Source: Eledone cirrhosa
Taxonomy: Eukaryota
Assembly (NCBI GenBank): GCA_964016885.1
Contig: OZ024750.1
Coordinates: forward strand, 3,782,001 to 3,846,000
Direction: 5' to 3'
DNA length: 64,000 bases
The position numbers and the translations under genes were made by a program. The notes beneath the pieces are model-generated. The model was not told the DNA's origin and made no database searches. It worked only from the letters and a program-made list of their open reading frames with translations. Position 1 is the stretch's first letter, and the number at the start of each line of letters is the position of its first letter. Shown in pieces: positions 11,045 through 24,922 of the stretch.

Positions 11045-11178
11045 ACAGCTATCTTTTGAGTCAATTCCATTTTAGTTCTGCATAACTAAATGATTTATTA
11101 TAGCTGTGATATAAAATGTCAGTTGGAATCTTGTCTTGCCTTATATGGGCTTGGGAACCATTAATGCTGACGACATTC
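11045..11178 (+). ncRNA. Candidate box H/ACA snoRNA
   Basis: Hairpin acagctat...atagctgt; H box ATATAA 11109-11114; hairpin gtcagt...gctgac; ACA 11173-11175 followed by 3 nt. Confidence 0.68.
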
Positions 11179-13605
11179 TGCTTTAGTGTCTATTGTGTAA
11201 TGTTGTAGAGTTTCGAAGGAAGACCTATATTAATGCTGCAAAAGTAGAGAATAGAGATATTTAAATGGTCTATGATAGTAAAGAAAAAAAAGTGGTTTGT
11301 GGTGAGTTTTTAAATACGTAAAATCAGTTCCTAAGAATCTCGGCCATTTAAATTGCTGTGAATTATATTTGGAGCCCCCAGTCTAGCGTAAGTTGTCTCC
11401 CTTGCACCGTTGAAAAATCGTTCTTTTCACTTATGCCTGGATTGAATTATCATTTATACAAATGTTTGGGTAGGATATCTGTACCGATCATTCCTTTTAT
11501 AAAGTATCCTAGGTAAACTATAGTATAATTGTTTCTACATTTGGCACAAGGTCAGTGTATTACTGGTACTTTATTTTATCGACCTCGAAAGGATGAAAGG
11601 CAAAGTTAACCTCGGCGGGATTTGATAGAATAATGAACCGATGTAAGGGACGTAATTTGAAAGTTTTTTTTCGAAATGACTGATGAAAGAACATGAACTT
11701 GTTTTGTAAGGTTTTTCATATGAAATCGTGTGTTTAAACAAATATATTTGGGGAGGATCATATTGAACTAAATCTTCCAGTATTTAACTTTATTAAAATT
11801 ACGAGGGTGAGTAATGCAACTTTTGACACCAGATATATTTCTCAAGGCAATTATTCGAGAATTGGTACAGATATAAAGCCACACTCTTGAATCTTTATCA
11901 ATTCAAAATCTTTTAAAATATAAAACAATGAATCCAAGGTACATACGAGAGAGAAAAAAAGAGGAAACGAAAACTGATGCCTTTGGCCGAGTTTGTGATA
12001 AGATGCTACATCTTGTTATACACAACACTTCTAAATTACTTTTATTCATTAATATATTCAATTCAACCCCCAGTACCTTTAAATATCTATTCACTTTAGG
12101 TTTTCAACCAAGTAATATCTATCTGTTTCCTAAGTCATATATCGGTAATATCCAAACCAAATAGAATCTTGCCATATGTTTTAAAGAAATTATAGACCCC
12201 CTCCACACAAGCACATGAAAGCTTCTTTAAGAACATTTAGATAGGTGTTACACTATTCTTAGGAAGGCTAAATTTTCCCTTGGCGGACCCATTCCACACT
12301 TTCAGATATATGGAAAAATGCTAAAAGTAAGTGTATGACTGATTGAAAGTCGTACAAGGTTTGAATGGTGACTGCTTCACAAGACCTTGAGAGATCTCTA
12401 CCAGAAAGCTGAGATACCATAGCAAGAGAGACTGGAATTGACAAGGATGACCTACAAACCTTGAGGGACAAAGACTTGGCGTGAGGTATTCGTTTCCTGG
12501 CCTAAGGGCAACGGATAAGTTTGATTAGAATTTTGAAGGTAAATGAAAAAGAATTTGGCATTTAAAATAAACGCCCTAACCTAACCTATTTCGGAGATGG
12601 GTGTAATGATAGAAAATGACTAATAAGTGTTAACATACAAACCGCCTTGTATGGAATAAAGGTTGAAATGAATTTTTTATTTTTATTTTATAAAGCTAAG
12701 GGTGACGATTCAAAATCAGACTCCCTCCCAAAACAAAAAACAATTTCAATAAATTAAAATTGAAAATAGGCAATGCGGTGCACTGAACGATAGTTCGATC
12801 TTTATTTGGCACAGTAATAGCTTTTGACATGTTTCCATATTATTAGACTCTCCTTGGGGAAGTCTGTTCACGTGTTTGTTAGACCAATGGAGATAGAGAA
12901 ATATTTATGCATATACAAATTCATGCTGGTAAAAAAAAACGAGATAAGGCGTGAGGAAATCCCACGAATGCCATTCTAATATAAAGTAAGAGCTATTGGT
13001 TAGCTAACACTACAAAGGTGATGACAATCGCCCAAAACACCATTATGAGACGGGTATATCAGCTTGAATACAACACATACAAAACAAACTATTCTGAGGC
13101 CCATAATGAAATGCTTCGTATTTGAATTAGTTAATGAAGAATTCCGGAAGGATTTACTAAAATTATAATTTCATTAATGCGGTATGTATATATAGACCCG
13201 TAACTCCTGGAATAGCGTTTTAAAACAATGAAACCCATCTCTCCAGGTCTAAGGACAGCAGATTTCTAGGGAAGGATATAGAGAGAGGGAATGAAATTGA
13301 GAAAAAAATATAGCTAGAGGATTCAACCCAACTGCTAGATTGCTACTTTTTTATAGGCCTTAAATGGATGAAATACAAAACTAACCTCGCATTAATATGG
13401 CATATCGTTATCCCAATGATGCGGGCTCCAACGATATTCGAGCGCGTTCTCTGGCATGTAGGAGCGAGGCAGAATGGAGATAACCGTTGCCCCGGAGGAT
13501 GGTGATGGAGGCACGTTAGAATAGCCATCCCAACGCCATACTTCGACCGTAGGCTTCACGGGTAGCGAAGCCTGGGTTTTCTCGGTGGAGAAGATATCAC
13601 AAGAA

Positions 13606-13653
13606 CTTGTCTGATGACCCTGTGATAAACAGTCGAAACTCCAGAGTAATAAG
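13606..13653 (+). ncRNA. Type I hammerhead ribozyme motif in a PLE pLTR-like fragment (about 13400-13735)
   Basis: Stem I cttgt/ataag; CTGATGA 13611-13617; stem II ctgt/acag with mismatched base; GAAA 13635-13638; stem III actc-ca-gagt; GUA site. Confidence 0.65.
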
Positions 13654-13819
13654 ACTCACCTTTTAGCTTTAATAATATTGAATATTAAAACTCTACTTAA
13701 GTATTGAGTACTCCTTTCTCTCAGCCGCCAACAACATACGGATATATATATATATACTTAAAAATAAGAAGAAAGCATGAACGGGAGAAGTTCTCATTAG
13801 TTGTCTGCTGTGGGTCTCG

Positions 13820-14224
13820 CATTAAAGACTATCTAGGGCGGATAAAATTCCCGAGATCCATGGACGAGTTCTCCCCAGCGGTCTCTGTCCCTCATTATCG
13901 CTGCCATGTCCTCCGTCTCCAACAGACCAGTGTCTGTCCTTATGGCATCAACATACGTTAACCTTGGTCTTCCCCTTCCAGTGTGTCCATGTAGGGGATC
14001 CCACAGGAGCACTGAGTGCAATGTCAACTCTGGATGTCGGTGAGCATGTCCAGCTAACCTCAGTCTCCTCTGTGTCACTTTTGAGCTGACTTTTGGGAGG
14101 CTCCCATACAGCTCTGAGTTTTTCATCCTCAGTGTATACTGATTAATGTTCAGAGCCATCCTCAGCATTCTCGTGTAGCACCCATCCACCATCTGAGTGA
14201 GTTTCTTGGTCAGTGTCCAAGACA
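13820..14224 (-). mobile_element. LINE 3' fragment (RTE/RTE-X-like, different family)
   Basis: ORF 13833-14225 has SWTLTK...DGCYTRMLRMAL...RRLRLAGH...GRGRPRLTY, a post-RT LINE motif. Confidence 0.75.
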
Positions 14225-14270
14225 ATATATATATATTTAATTAGAAAGTGAACAACACAAAATATAACTA

Positions 14271-14338
14271 CTCTGTTACCAAAGGTTTCTGGATCCCAGA
14301 CAATAATAATATACGTCTGGATCGGTCGTCAGACAGAG
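14271..14338 (-). ncRNA. Type I hammerhead ribozyme motif within an inverted PLE pLTR (14236-14398)
   Basis: Minus strand reads ctctgt CTGACGA ccgatccagac...gtctgggatcca GAAA cc-ttt-gg TA acagag; flanked by an inverted partial copy. Confidence 0.68.
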
Positions 14339-15145
14339 ATAACATCTCTGTCTGACGACCGATAGTAGTTATATTTTGTTGTTCACTTTCTAATTAAAGA
14401 GCACTCCTTTTTCCTTCGGAATTACCTAACACACACACATATATACAGGGTCCTCCTCCTCCCAAATGTATACACACTTTGATTACCTGTACAGGCAATA
14501 TTTATTAGAATGCACAGCCTTTGTATATACATTTTTCGGAGACCCTATATATATATATATATAGATATATATATATATGTGTGTGTGTGTGTACAAAACT
14601 AATACTTAAGTTCGAAAATGTATTCTCAGTAATATATATTTTGCGGCGATACATTTTTGAGGGTATAGAGTACGATTATGTTTATGAATTTTTTAAATTG
14701 TCACTTCTGCTCTTAGAAATTACTGGAAGTTGCCTGTGATCTTAAAACGAAGGTTGCCAATTTTCTATAGCGATCGATAGTTTCATTATTATAATACAAC
14801 TTGTATGTGATGTTCAGTAATAAAGAGAATTAAATGCAGTAATAAACGTCATGGAAATATGATATAACAAGAACGATAACTCTTGGCGGAAGTTCCGACT
14901 ATTCAGTGCGGAACTATTTGCATTTTTATATGGAGAACGAATAGGGGGAAAAAATAATTATTTTAATCGAAATGAAACGATATCACATTAACAAAATATT
15001 TTTATATGAATAAGCATTCGCTTAGTGATTCCGAATTTTCCTTTTTAACGACAATATTATCTAGAGGCTCTTTAAGCGCGTCTCCTTTAGGATATTTTCG
15101 TTGTTTCATCCAAGGCAGATTCTCGTCGTTAGAACCCTTCTCGCC

Positions 15146-15163
15146 ATGTCCTCATGTTTAATG
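15146..15163 (+). CDS. ARMC8: ARMC8 coding exon 1
   Basis: gccATG MSSCLM followed by GTAAGT; phase 0 fits exon 2. Confidence 0.7.
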
Positions 15164-15350
15164 GTAAGTCTTTGCCTAAAAAAAAAATCCCCTTCTTTAC
15201 TTACAGCTTTGTGATAGTAATCTTATATTTTACAAGTATATTAACAGATGCAATATATACATCTTTGTCTAACTATCAACATTTCATTATAAACAATTTA
15301 TGTATTATACATAAGCTCACTATAATAAACTGTTTCGTCGACTTTTTTAA

Positions 15351-15382
<32 letters not shown>

Positions 15383-18300
15383 AATAGTTTCAAGGTGCAA
15401 ATCGTTTCAAGAACAATATTAAATATTTTAAAACTAGAATTAATATAAAAGTTTTTGTGACGATTCTTTATTTTAAACATTGAAGACAAAAAAAAAATCG
15501 ATTTCGAGTCCTATCTACGATTTGTAAACAAGAAACAATTCAATACAATTTGTTGTCTGCTAACTTTATAACAATTTCACTAATTTCATTTAATGATGAT
15601 TGTTCTTTTAAGAACCATGATATATTGTTGTAAAATATTGATGGATCAACGTATGTATGGGTTTAATTCAATGAAAAAAATATATTAACATATAACAAAT
15701 ACTGCAAAATGTCTATCATTGTCAAGCTTATAATTAAACTATTGTTACGGTTCGGTTACAATCTAGTATTTCGGAATTTATATTGTTATATTTCTATTTA
15801 TATTTCTCTTAACAAACATAAATAGGTTGGAAATAAACAAATAGATATTGTGTATAGATAAGAAATGATGGCGTGTCTCCATTTAATGTGGATATATTTT
15901 ATCCCGATCCAAACCGCTTCACAATATAAACAATTGTGCCATTATATTTGTAATGCAAACATTTTGATGCTTTTAAAAACATTTATTTATTCTGAAAATT
16001 AAAAGCTGTGTAATTTAATTAAATAAACATTGAAGGATAAAGATTTTCAGACTTATCCAAAGTAGTGTAACTATTTTGGATATCATTTTTCAATAGATCT
16101 CGCTTGAAGAACATGAAATTATCTCGTCCGACTCACTGGATTGCTATATACAGATTAGGGAGAGGGTTTCTTCGACAATCAGATATTTCCATTGTCTTCA
16201 AAGATCTATTGTCAATCATACTCAACTATTTTATTCGCTGGTATTCTAGTTACTCTGGTTCCAAGCACTAAATACCAATTTCTTAAAAGATCAACATACG
16301 TATAATTATACTAGATCAACATTTTAAAATTATGTTCAGATTAATCTATAGTATTATCTTAGTTGGATTCAAATATGTTTAGTTTAATTTTTGTTTCTTA
16401 TGTTCCCAATTAATTAAACTTAATTATCTATTTAAATATTTATTTTTTTATATTTTCTTATTTCTTTAAAAAGTTAAAGGTAACTGAAAAAAAAAAAAGA
16501 TATAGTTTGGGAAATTTCTCCTGTAATAATCGATTTATTTACAACACATTAACAGTATATTGGAAAGTTCTATAGATAACATAAGTTTTTCTTGCTAAAT
16601 GCATTTTAAAAACAATCAATTAAATACTCAGTCTTTCCCTTAAATGTTTTCTCTAGAGGCACGCTAATCAACATTGTTTAGATGGCGAATATAAGCCGAC
16701 CCTCCCACACGGAGTCAGCAAATTAAATATCTATAAGATTTTTTTAAAGATTGGTCAGGAGCAGCTTTTCAAGTGTTTTTGAAGCGTTCGGTTAGCAGTC
16801 TTAAACTACACGTCTGACAACCAGAGTATCTCTATGTGGTTGTAGAAGTTGCTAGAAATAACAGCTAAATTTTCTTCAACATAGAAGGATACATTGGACA
16901 TGATAGGTCTGTTAGATCAGGGTTGACATAGGACTAAATAACCCATCTGAAAAAATCCCTTTACTCAATTTTGATACAGTCGCACAGCGCGGCGTTATAT
17001 GTCGAGCCCTCGGCCCACCTGGATGTCAACCAAACTAAATCAAACTAGTCAAAGATTCAGCCAATATTTTGATATGAAAACAACACAATGAAACACGGCA
17101 TTTGTATGTTGACAGACCATTGATTATGTTAACTTATGGCTATAACATTCTGTTCCTATGAAATGGAATTATCCCGAACTTTTAGTTCAATAAATTATAG
17201 TGTTACCATGTCAGATGGTAGTGACTGTGCCATAATAAAACGTACATGGTATACGTAAGGAAGGGCATCCAACCATAGAAAGCATGCCAAAGTAGAATGT
17301 ATGAGTAAGGTTCAATCATATGATATGTCTGGCTTCAGAACTTGATTACCCATCTAACCCATGCAAGCTTGAAAATTTAAAAGTAAAACATTGATGATAA
17401 TAATGTAACAATTTTTATTTTTAGGAGGTTGATGGATCACAAAGCTTTGTTGAGGTGCTATTATCTAATGATTCGGATAGATGGATGCATTCCATTGTGT
17501 AAGTTCCTGTCTTCATTTTATTTTTATTTAATTTAACTTCTATCTACCTTCTCTAATTTATACAAAAGCAATTTAAAATGAACGTGATAAGGTATTCGCA
17601 GGCAGTTTCCAGTCACAAGTATACACATTTTAGTGTGATCCATAGTAGTATGTCTTGTCATTGAATGTTGACAGTGGTGGTGGTGGGAGGTGTTGGTCAA
17701 GGAAGATTTGCCCTAACATACTTGCAGATACAGCGGTCATTGCCACAAGTAGCTGTTGAATCCCAAAATAGACATACACTGGAAGTTTCAGGCAAGCAGT
17801 TTCAACAGTTATAGCAGTGTGCGTTCACTTCCAACCCTACTTAATCTTTAGCATGTTAGAGGTTTTTATAAATTGCTTCCCTTGACACTGCATTATGTAT
17901 TAAGGGTAGATTACCCTATCGGCGACTTAATGCACTCAGAGCGTCCAGAAGATTAATAGTGTCTGTGTTGAGATGAAGATAATAGGAGGGGAGTTTTATC
18001 AAGCCTACGATGATAAAAGATGAAGACCATACACCACAAAGCATTCTATTGGACACTCTAATGACTCTTCCACCTAAGGTGTGTTATTGGAAGTAAAAAG
18101 AAATGTGATGGTTGTAAAAACTAAAGTTTTCATAAATTATACAGATTCATGTTGTGATGCTGTATTTTCTGAAATAAAATTAATTCAGTCTTATTTTGAT
18201 AGTATTTGCAGCATTCTTGTTATTTTTGTAAACTTCAAATATGTTTGTCTTTTTACAGTCAGGTGAAGAATATGGTAATTGGTAACAATAAACAGAAAAG

Positions 18301-21300
18301 TCAAGTAATTGTTCAAGGATTAATTCCCAGGTAAAGATTTTGTAATGTTTTATTAAATAATTCAATTTCTGACAAATCATTTAAAAACATCAATACTTAA
18401 AATCCAAATCCCAAATTACATAAAATCTTTTTATGTAATGAATGCTGAAATAGTGATGCTTCACCCACTTATTCCTGAGGGGGTCATGGGAGCAGAGTCC
18501 TCAAACACTCCTTCCTACACTCTTTCCTGTTGTAGGAAACCTGTGAAAGAAAGGGTCTGGAGGACTCTTCAGCTGTGTCAAAGACACATCAACCTCCCTA
18601 GTGCTAGTGTCACAATAAAATGCATTTAATAGTGTGCAGGATCATACATCTAGTAATTAGTGATAGCTGGTCTCAGGATCTTGAAAAATTCTTGACTCCT
18701 CTCTGTAATATTCATTGCTGGGTGTGGGGATAAAACTGGGTTATAGTAATGGTTAGAGACCAAATAAGTGGAGTTGGAGACAGCTAAATGAATGAAGTGT
18801 ACCAGGCTGTGTGGAATTTAATATTCAAGTAGAATAGCTTGTGGACACACACCATCACTGAATGGTTAAGAAGTGTGCTTCACAATCATGAGTTACTAGA
18901 TGTAGTGGCCTTGTGGTGTATTAAGGGAGTTACAGGCTGCTGACCTATCCAAGTACTCAGTAGGGTACATAAGCAAGTTGCAGGCTCCCAGCCCACTGTA
19001 GGGTCAATGCCTCTGCTTTTAGTACTGACCCTTGAAAGCAGGGAAAATGAACGATGATGATGATAAATCACTAAATATTTTCGAAACTTATTTTTCAGGT
19101 TGCTTCAATGGATGATGCATGATAGCATTCCTTTAGATCTGAAGATAGAATGCTCCGTGGTTTTAGGGAGTCTGTCAAAAGGCACAGAGGCCAACATTGT
19201 CAGTTTAATAGATGCTGGATCCGTACCAATATTACTTGCTGGCAACAGTTGAGTACATTCTTTTTATCTGTGTTTTTCTTTTATTTCACTATATATAAAG
19301 TAGAAGACAAAAAAAAAAAGTATCCTTTCCTCTCATTTATGGCATTTATAGTTCTTTCCAATGCTGCTTTCTTTTTCTGTATGTTTAGCTAAATATCCCC
19401 TATCGACACAATTAAATTTAATAATGGTCTCTCCTCTTGGTATAGAGATTGTTAAATATTAAAATCATATACAAACCATTATTGGAAGTTAAACAAAGAA
19501 AAGATATTTTAAAAAAGAATTGAAGCCATAACTTGCATTCAAGTAAATCTTATTTTCTTCAATTTTGTTACTTACAGAGTGTGATGTAAGATATGTGAAT
19601 GCTGTGTTTGAAATATTTACACTACTAAAGAAAACTTTTATATTTATATTTATTTTAATGTTTAAATATTAGTTTGATATTCAAGTAGTTATCAAGTATT
19701 TTTATTATCAGGACTTGGCAACTATGATCTGAAATATGTGGAAGCTTGTCTACGCTGTCTCCGTACAGTGTTTCTTAGTAATAGTGCACCAAAAGAACAC
19801 ATTTTTGAGGTGAGTACCTTTCATTTTGATTTTCTTTATATACATGTTGATATTTATCACAATGATCTACTTAGCTAATACTTTCAGTAATCTATCATTT
19901 CAGAGAATAATCTTTATATATATATATAAATTGTCATAGTCGTTGTTTAACTTCCACTTTTTTTTCATGCTAGCATGGGTTAGACAAGTTGTCCCATTGT
20001 GAGACAAGTCTGAATGGTTTCTAGCTTGGTTTCTATGGCTGGTTGCCCTTCCTGATGCCAATCACATTTACAGAAATTTGCTTTTCAACTACATGGTTCT
20101 GAGTCATGTCTCATTGCACCACCTTGGCCATATGTCAACTATCATAGCCTTGGCTTGATCAATGACTGCCATATACAGATGGAAACTGTACCTCTACATT
20201 TAAAGTAAGGAGAAATGGCGTGGAACAATTGATATTTTTAAAATGTTATTGTTTTGTCGAAATGGTTTAATATTTAAAGCTAATATATATACTGGGTGTC
20301 CCTAAAAATATACACACACTTTGGTTACCTGTACAGGCAATATTTTAATGCATTATTTTTTGCTGTTGAAGTGTGTAAACATTTTTGGAGGACATCCTGT
20401 ATTTACATCCCGTCTATTATCTATATATATAAAACTGAGGATGTCTGTCTGTGTGAGTTTGAATCCCTAAAACTCGAGAAGCACCCAGCCGACTGTTTTC
20501 AAACTTTACACATCAGGGAGTGTTCTGAGCGAAAATAATTTCAAATTTTCAATGCCCTAGGGACCGCATTAGGCGATTTAGCGATCTCTCTCTATAATTC
20601 TTAGTCTTTCTCTTTTTAGATAGATACATAGATATAACGTTGTGCCCTTATAATATCTGTCTGGCTGTCTGCATTACGTCACTTACCTGAGGATGTCTGT
20701 CTGTGTGTGTGTGTCTGAGTTTGAATCCCTAAAACTCGAGAAGTACCCAACCGATTTTTTTCAAACTTTACATGTGTATTACTTATGTTTAAGGGAGTGT
20801 TATGCACATAAATTCAACTTTTTTATGGCCTAGGGCCCGCATTAGGTGAAAAACCTCATTTTTTCAGCTTTTTAGGGCTTTTTGGAGCGTTAGGTCTAGC
20901 CGATTTTCCCGAAATTTCAAGGCATATTATGCACATAAAAAAAATTCATTTTCTTGATCCCCTATAAAAAAAAAAAAAACCTGCATTTTTCCTGCTTCAT
21001 CGAGGAAAATTTTAAAGATTATCCAGCCATCAGAGTATTCAGTTTATTTTCTTTACATATTGTCCAGGCATGCACTTTTTCCACGATTAGATCTGTTGGC
21101 GGCCCACGTTCCAAAATACCTTATCCCATGCAACGCCAGGTACCACTGCTAGTTCAATATATAATACATTTATATATTTACACCCCATCTATTATTCCAA
21201 TATATAATATATATATGTTTTGTTATCAGGATTCCAGTATAATCCCTTTACTGATCAATGTCCTGCCTAAATCACCTTGTACACAAGAGTGTGTCACCAC

Positions 21301-24300
21301 CATATTTGCTAATTGTTGCAAGGTAATCTTTATTTTAAACATTCTCCTTTCAATCTGTCTTATAATTAATTGCTTTCACTACATACAGAATCTATTTAAC
21401 AGTTATATATTTCTTAATAGCCAATATTCAAATATTCAAACTAGATTTTTGAGACATTTATAAAACATAACTCTACTGAATCAAGTTGAAATATTATTTA
21501 TTTTATTGAGGTTTATAAGTTATCATTATACTCAAATATAAGTAACTTCCCCCCCCCCCTCCATTTTATGTCTGAGAAATGGGCAAAACTCTGGACCCCA
21601 TTTATAAGCTGAGGCAGCTAATCAACACACATTGTTTAGATGGCGTATATAAGCCGACCCTGCCAAAATTTTACCATCGGCCTTTTTGGTCCCATATTCC
21701 TCTGCTTATATTCGAGTATATATGCGGTAAATTTGTTTCTCTGAATAATAGTGGGCAGAAAAAAATGTGTACAAACATATAAACACACACACACACATGC
21801 AAACAAACACACATATAAACATCAGATGCATTTCTTTTGTCACTGAAGTCAATTTTTCACCTTGTATCTTAGACGCCGGAACATCAGAACATGCTGTGCA
21901 GTAATGGTGCTATTGAAGCATTAGCACCACTCTTGAAATGTAATATTTATAAAGTAAGATTCCGATTACCTTCTTTTTTCTTTCATATTGGTGTTTTGTT
22001 TTTCTATTTTTTTCATAACAAGATTTGTCTCATGATAGGAAAGCTTCACATATAATATATATATTTTTAGGTCCAAACTTAACATATAATATATATATTT
22101 TTAGGTTCACACTTAACATATAATATCTATATTTTAGGCCCACACTTAACATAATATATATATTTTTAGGCCCAAACTTAACATATAACAAATATATTTT
22201 TAGGTCCAAATGCCAACACTACGTTGTTTCTCTGTGATGTGTTACCAAAATGAAGACGTTGCACAGTCTATTGCTAATTATGGTAAGTTTTTTATATTTC
22301 ATCAGCATAAGATATTATATATATATATATATATATATTTATTTATTTATATGAGATTTGAATTTGCATTTCAATAGAAAAATAATTCTAGAATATTAAT
22401 ATATTGTTTTTCTTGTTTCTTTTTATTTAGATAATGGCAAAGGAGATACTATTTCAGAAATGCTTGTACGACTCCGTAACAGAGATAAGACTTCAGAAAT
22501 GCAAATGGCCGCTGCTAAATGCCTAACTTACCTATATCGAGGTGGAGCTCTTATGGCTAATGATCCTATAATAATGTTAAAGGTGAGTCTCTTAAAAACA
22601 TCTTCCTAGCATCAGAACTTTGTATAGGGATTCATAGAGTGGGAGAGAGGAGAGGCAGAGCGAAAAAATTACTATTGTATTTTCGAAGTAAAGGCTTTAT
22701 CTCACATAACATTGAAATCTATGAGATTTTGAGAACAATACCTTAACATCAGTATGAATGGCCAGTTACGGTCGGTTTAAACAGAAAGAGGTGAGAGAAT
22801 TCTGACTAGTTATGGCCGGTTTGAACAGCAAGAGGTGAGAGAATTCTGGCCAGATACAGCCGGTTTAAATGCTAGAGAGTTAAATAGACTACACCCTTTC
22901 AGGTGGATTTGCTCTTATTGTTTGTGAATTTTTAAGATACTTGTAAAATATATTTAATTTATAATATAAAGAAATCATTAGTTGATTACTCTAAATATAT
23001 TATTTTCTCTTTCATAGACTTTACCTACGTTAATCCGTATGTGCAAGAAGGACCGCACTTTAGAAGAAAATGTGGAAGGAGCAGAAACTTTAGCTTATCT
23101 CATTGAAGTGAACTCTGAGCTGCAGAAAGTGGCTTCCATTTCAGACCATCTCATTCGAACTTTATCTGATTACTTAAAGTACACCAGTGTCCAACAGATC
23201 AGCAGTACACAGAACACACAAAAAAAAGTATGTCGTTTTATTGTTTCTATCTTGTCATTGTAAGTGGATGGCACCAAACTAGGATGTTTGTAGTGTTTAT
23301 ATAGTCTAGTACCTTCCATTTTCTATTTTTAAATCTTTCAAGGATTAATTTCACCTCTCTGTGATCAATATGATCATCATCATATGTTCTCTTTCCACAC
23401 TGGGATGGGTTGGAGAGGTTGTCAAAGATTGAAACCAGATGGGTCATTCCAACCCATCTGGTCTCGGTCCTTGACAAAATGCATGTTTGATGTGGCAAAA
23501 TATATTTTAGAAAAACAATTGTTAAGGAGTTGTGTGTATTACTGTGTTCATTGTCAAGATTATTAACCTTCTTCCCAACAACCCTGAGCACCTTTTTGAT
23601 TTCCATATGGCTAACACCCATGGACATACTTTCAGCTTACAAAATCAGAAAACATTACAGCTCCCATGACTTTCGGTTGTTAGCTGTCGGGTCACAACAT
23701 CCTTCAAAACTTCCCTTCTTCCCGAAATTCACCAACTTCTACACCCAATACTCCCCCTCCATACACACACATGTATGTATGAATCTGTGTATATATCATG
23801 ACACATACATTGTTCACTTTCCTCACATTTTTACATTATTCTATGCACTATACATGCACCAGAGTTGTAGTGCACCTGAACACTAAGTTTCATTATATAT
23901 TTAAATGAAATCCTATTGTATTGCCACAGTTCTAATAAAATCATTAACATACCTTTATAATTTCAAGAAACTTTTGTGTGATATTTATTTTCTTGCTTCT
24001 TAAATTGTATTCCTCATTTGTGTGGATCTTTCAGGATATTCATTGGGGCAATGGACTCAAACAGGCAGCTTTTAAAGCATTTGCTTCACTTGGAGCTAAT
24101 GATGAAGATATTCGCAAAAAGGTAAATAACTAATTTACATACTATGAATGTCCTTGGGGGCTAAACCCCTTTTCTGTGGGTACTTGATAACACCACCATA
24201 CCAAAGTTTGTCCACTGTCAGGAGAAGTCACTACTAGTTACTTTTGGAGAAGTCTTCCTTGAACAGTTAATATCAGTTTAACTGGAAAGAAACAATGCAG

Positions 24301-24888
24301 TTATTAATGAAGAGTTGAAATTAAAGCATACAAGATTTCACAGCTCTAGCACCACTCCTTCATAGTCAGCCTATGAAATTTTCAGCCCACCCACGTATCA
24401 CACATGCACACACACAAGTGACATGTGAACTCAGCAAGCTGCATTGCAGTTGATCTGTTTTGGAGGGCTTCTTTAAATATTCAGGGAAGAAAAGGCAGCA
24501 CTTGTGGTCCTTTATGTTTTTCAAGGCTTCTGAACAATACCTCAACGTCAGTATGAGTGGCCGGTTTGAACAGAAAGGGGTGAGAAAATTCTGGCCAGAT
24601 ATGGCTGGTTTAAATGCTAAAGGGTTAATATTTCCACTTCTTATATGGTTTGTTAAGTTAGTCAAGTTTATATAATTATATATTCTTTCTATTTCGTTTT
24701 TTAACAGATTATTGAAACAGAAAATTTAATTGACCACATTACAAATGGTATGGAGAGTAGTGATGTTAAAGTCCAAGCTGCTGCTGTGAGATGTTTGCAC
24801 AGTTTATCACGTTCAGTCCAACAATTACGCACAACATTCCAGGATCATGCTTTATGGAAACCACTACTTAAGGTAGAAACCACACACA

Positions 24889-24922
<34 letters not shown>

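Larger units (their letters stand above)
8302..11200 (+). ncRNA. Non-coding multi-snoRNA host gene (GAS5/UHG-like)
   Basis: TOP start; first donor G|GTATGT at 8372; acceptor-like tracts such as ttatag at 8538; no long ORF; about 10 snoRNA-like units at roughly 200-bp spacing, all on the + strand. The 3' end is approximate. Confidence 0.8.
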
